DNA of 20,000 nt from the IMG/VR virus record IMGVR_UViG_3300047274_000159, positions 56,698-76,697 of that record. One strand, given 5' to 3'. The notes beneath the pieces are model-generated. The model searched no databases and was not told where the DNA came from. It saw only the letters and a program-made list of their open reading frames with translations. The position numbers and the translations under genes are program-made. Below are positions 17,267-20,000 of the stretch, in pieces (the stretch's first letter is position 1; each line of letters begins with the position of its first letter). The stretch is from an uncultured virus (IMG/VR IMGVR_UViG_3300047274_000159) (Duplodnaviria; Heunggongvirae; Uroviricota; Caudoviricetes).

Positions 17267-17282
17267 TCCGTGGATTTTTTTT
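17253..17282 (+). terminator. Rho-independent terminator
   Basis: AAATCCACGG-TTAAT-CCGTGGATTT followed by a T tract. Confidence 0.9.
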
Positions 17283-17317
17283 GGAGAAATATCTGATCAT
17301 ATTTGAAAAGAAAATAT

Positions 17318-17346
17318 TTGCATTTGCTAAATAAAAAGCGCATAAT
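17318..17346 (+). promoter_or_regulatory. Nested sigma70-like and late-like promoters for the SSB gene
   Basis: TTGCAT (17318-17323)-N17-CATAAT (17341-17346), with TAAATA (17328-17333) inside the spacer. Confidence 0.55.
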
Positions 17347-17404
17347 AAGTGTTATGCGATAGGCATACAAAGTCATTTACATAAAGGCATAAGGAGGCTA
17401 TAAA

Positions 17405-18391
17405 ATGGCAACATTAGCAGAAATTCGTGCGAAACTTCAAGAAGCACAATCAAAGTCCACAGGACAATCCACCGGCGGTGGAGACAACGCAATTTACCCA
17501 CATTGGAACATGCAGGAAGGCAAAGAAGCCGTGGTACGGTTCTTGCCTGATGGCAACACCAACAACACATTCTTCTGGGTAGAACGAGCAATGATCAAAT
17601 TGCCGTTCGCAGGTATCAAAGGCGAAACAGATAGCCGTCAGGTACAGGTACAGGTGCCCTGCGTTGAAATGTACAACGATGGTTCGGTCTGTCCAATCCT
17701 TTCAGAAGTACGTGGTTGGTTCAAGGACAAGAGCCTTGAAGAAATGGGTCGTAAGTATTGGAAGAAACGTTCATACATCTTCCAAGGTTTCGTTGTTGAA
17801 GATCCTCTCAAAGAAGATACGACACCAGATAATCCTATCCGTAGATTTATCATCGGTCCTCAGATCTATCAAATCATCCGTTCAGCACTAATGGATCCAG
17901 AGTTGGAAGAGTTGCCAACCGACTACCTCCGTGGTGTTGACTTCCGTATCGCTAAGACATCAAAAGGTGGCTTTGCTGACTATTCTACTTCTAAGTGGAG
18001 TCGTCGTGAACGTGCTCTAACTGATCAAGAAAAGGCAGCTATCGAAGCTCATGGTCTTTTTGATCTGTCAGCTTTCTTGCCCAAGAAGCCAACTGATGTT
18101 GAACTCAAGGTCATGAAAGAAATGTTTGAAGCTTCTGTTGACGGCGAAGCCTATGACATGGAACGTTGGGGTCAATACTTCAAGCCAGCAGGCATGAGTG
18201 CTGCCACAGGTGATCCTGTTGCCAAGACAACAGCTCGTCCTGCTCCAGTAGATGAAGACAGTGATGACGAACCGGCACCAGTGGCCACTGCTCCTAAGGC
18301 AGCGCCGTCGGCCGCTCCAGCAGCAGCCGGAGAAAGTGCTAGTCGTGCGCAAGACATTCTTGCCATGATTCGCAATCGTCAAAAGCAATAA
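17405..18391 (+). CDS. gp32: Single-stranded DNA-binding protein (T4 gp32-like)
   Basis: AVVRFLP, CPI, KYWKKRSY, DFRIAKTSKGGFADYSTSKW, acidic Ala/Pro linker. Strong SD AAGGAGG. Lies next to uvsX. Confidence 0.88.
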   Translation: MATLAEIRAKLQEAQSKSTGQSTGGGDNAIYPHWNMQEGKEAVVRFLPDGNTNNTFFWVERAMIKLPFAGIKGETDSRQVQVQVPCVEMYNDGSVCPILSEVRGWFKDKSLEEMGRKYWKKRSYIFQGFVVEDPLKEDTTPDNPIRRFIIGPQIYQIIRSALMDPELEELPTDYLRGVDFRIAKTSKGGFADYSTSKWSRRERALTDQEKAAIEAHGLFDLSAFLPKKPTDVELKVMKEMFEASVDGEAYDMERWGQYFKPAGMSAATGDPVAKTTARPAPVDEDSDDEPAPVATAPKAAPSAAPAAAGESASRAQDILAMIRNRQKQ

Positions 18392-18398
18392 TTAACAC

Positions 18399-18440
18399 GG
18401 CCCGGACCTCTGAGACGTAGTTCTCATCGTCCGGGTTCTT
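18399..18440 (+). other. Long imperfect RNA stem-loop; weak terminator, processing or stability element
   Basis: CCCGGAC/GTCCGGG outer stem, internal loop, TGAGA/TCTCA inner stem, followed by TTCTT. Confidence 0.6.
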
Positions 18441-18458
18441 CACTTCAGGAGAATAATA

Positions 18459-18659
18459 ATGGCAAGATCTATAAAAATTAACGAAAACTTTTCATTGAGC
18501 TACAATAGCCGCGAAGATCAAAGCGGTGACACTGTCGCAGACATTGATATCAGATTTGACAATCCTAAAGATGATTCTGTAATCATTAATAGATTGAATA
18601 CATGGCTCAAGGCAATCGGTCGTGATGACATCGTAGTTTCACCAAAGGCAGGAAAGTAA
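18459..18659 (+). CDS. Hypothetical protein, 66 aa
   Basis: SD AGGAG upstream. Fills the gap and ends 1 nt before uvsX. Confidence 0.75.
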   Translation: MARSIKINENFSLSYNSREDQSGDTVADIDIRFDNPKDDSVIINRLNTWLKAIGRDDIVVSPKAGK

Positions 18660-18660
18660 T

Positions 18661-19740
18661 ATGGCCAAGGCATTCGATGTAAGTAAATTTAGAAAAAGCC
18701 TTACTAAGAACATTGAAGGTCTTAGTATTGGTTTCAACGATCCTACAGATTGGGTCAGCACAGGCAACTATGCCTTGAATTATCTTATCAGCGGAGACTT
18801 CCATAAGGGCGTTCCTCTGGGCAAGGTCACTGTGTTTGCAGGTGAATCTGGTGCAGGTAAGTCATATATCTGTTCCGGTAATCTAGTACGTCATGCACAA
18901 GAGCAAGGTATTTTTGTTGTGTTAGTTGACAGCGAGAATGCTCTCGACGAAGCATGGCTACATGCTCTAGGTGTAGACACTTCGGAAGAAAAACTTCTCA
19001 AGCTCAACATGGCCATGATCGACGATGTGGCCAAGACCATCAATGAATTCATGGGCGAGTATAAGGCCATGCCGGAAGAAGATCGTCCTAAGGTATTGTT
19101 TATCATTGACAGCCTAGGCATGCTGCTGACTCCAACAGATGTTAATCAATTCGAAGCAGGCGATCTAAAAGGTGACATGGGTCGTAAGCCCAAGGCATTG
19201 ACAGCACTAGTTCGTAACTGTGTAAACATGTTCGGTTCAGCCAATGTTGGATTGGTAGCAACTAATCATACATACGCAAGTCAAGACATGTTTGATCCCG
19301 ATGATAAAATTTCAGGCGGCCAGGGTTTTATCTATGCATCAAGTATCGTTGTTGCTATGAAGAAACTCAAGCTCAAAGAGGACGAGGATGGTAATAAGAT
19401 TTCGGAAGTCAAAGGTATCCGTGCTGCCTGTAAGATCATGAAGACACGCTATGCCAAGCCTTTTGAATCAGTACAGGTCAAGATTCCATACGAAACAGGT
19501 ATGAATCCTTATAGCGGTTTGGTCGATCTAGCAGAAGCAAAAAATCTTCTAAAGAAAGACGGCAATAGGTTAGCCTACGTTACCAGTGATGGCGAAATCG
19601 TAAAACTATATCGTAAAGAGTGGGAACGTAATGAAGGTGGGTGTTTAGATGTTGTCATGGTAGATTTTTCAAAAGTCGATGAAAAACCTTCAACTGAGAT
19701 AACTAATACTGTTACACCAACCTTGGAGACCTCTGAATGA
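18661..19740 (+). CDS. uvsX: RecA-like recombinase (UvsX)
   Basis: STGNYALN, Walker A GESGAGKS, DSENALD, Walker B FIIDSLG, TNHTY and ISGG. Confidence 0.93.
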   Translation: MAKAFDVSKFRKSLTKNIEGLSIGFNDPTDWVSTGNYALNYLISGDFHKGVPLGKVTVFAGESGAGKSYICSGNLVRHAQEQGIFVVLVDSENALDEAWLHALGVDTSEEKLLKLNMAMIDDVAKTINEFMGEYKAMPEEDRPKVLFIIDSLGMLLTPTDVNQFEAGDLKGDMGRKPKALTALVRNCVNMFGSANVGLVATNHTYASQDMFDPDDKISGGQGFIYASSIVVAMKKLKLKEDEDGNKISEVKGIRAACKIMKTRYAKPFESVQVKIPYETGMNPYSGLVDLAEAKNLLKKDGNRLAYVTSDGEIVKLYRKEWERNEGGCLDVVMVDFSKVDEKPSTEITNTVTPTLETSE

Positions 19741-19973
19741 AAGAAGATTTAATTGCAGATCTTTGGAGTGTAGTGATTGAACACATTCCAGAAAAATATC
19801 GTAAAGATGTTGCTGCTGATTATGTAAACACACTTTTAGACCACGGCATAAAAACTTCTATACTAGAAGGATTGCAGGGAATCGATCCATACCTAGATGA
19901 CGCACTCGACTATGTGATGGACGGAGACGACGCTGCCGAGGACGACGAAGATTATTACGAAGACGAGGATTGA
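19737..19973 (+). CDS. Hypothetical small acidic protein, 78 aa
   Basis: ATGA overlap with the uvsX stop, SD GGAG, acidic tail DGDDAAEDDEDYYEDED. Confidence 0.75.
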   Translation: MKEDLIADLWSVVIEHIPEKYRKDVAADYVNTLLDHGIKTSILEGLQGIDPYLDDALDYVMDGDDAAEDDEDYYEDED

Positions 19974-20000
19974 TATCCTGTGAGATGCATAATCATAAGC

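Noticed and set aside
1..20000. Stop-codon reassignment, tRNA genes, CRISPR arrays
   Set aside because: Core genes are full length in the standard code. Intergenic gaps are short and show no cloverleaf or repeat-spacer pattern.
19974..20000. Possible start of a next gene at the right edge
   Set aside because: Only 27 nt are available, too little to support a call.

Overview
A 20-kb segment of a large T4-like myovirus genome in the standard genetic code. It holds a rearranged morphogenesis cluster: gp15 and gp14 on the minus strand diverging from gp13, dNMP kinase, an HNH-like gene, an oversized gp18 tail sheath, gp19 tail tube, a tube-fold paralog, gp4, gp16, putative head-internal proteins and gp17. 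A small accessory cassette follows, then replication/recombination genes (gp32 SSB, UvsX). All protein calls come from motif recognition, not database searches. The most notable signals are: (1) a TAA[A/G]TA late-promoter-like hexamer 4-5 nt before eight ATGs, implying leaderless late mRNAs; (2) a cassette encoding a secreted Lys/Ala/Pro-rich peptide plus an unannotated, start-poor +1-frame ORF reachable through an A7 run, behind an ECF-sigma-like promoter; (3) a candidate pseudoknot in the gp32 leader; (4) degenerate Nudix and HNH genes under apparent late control; (5) neck and sheath proteins enlarged by extra domains.
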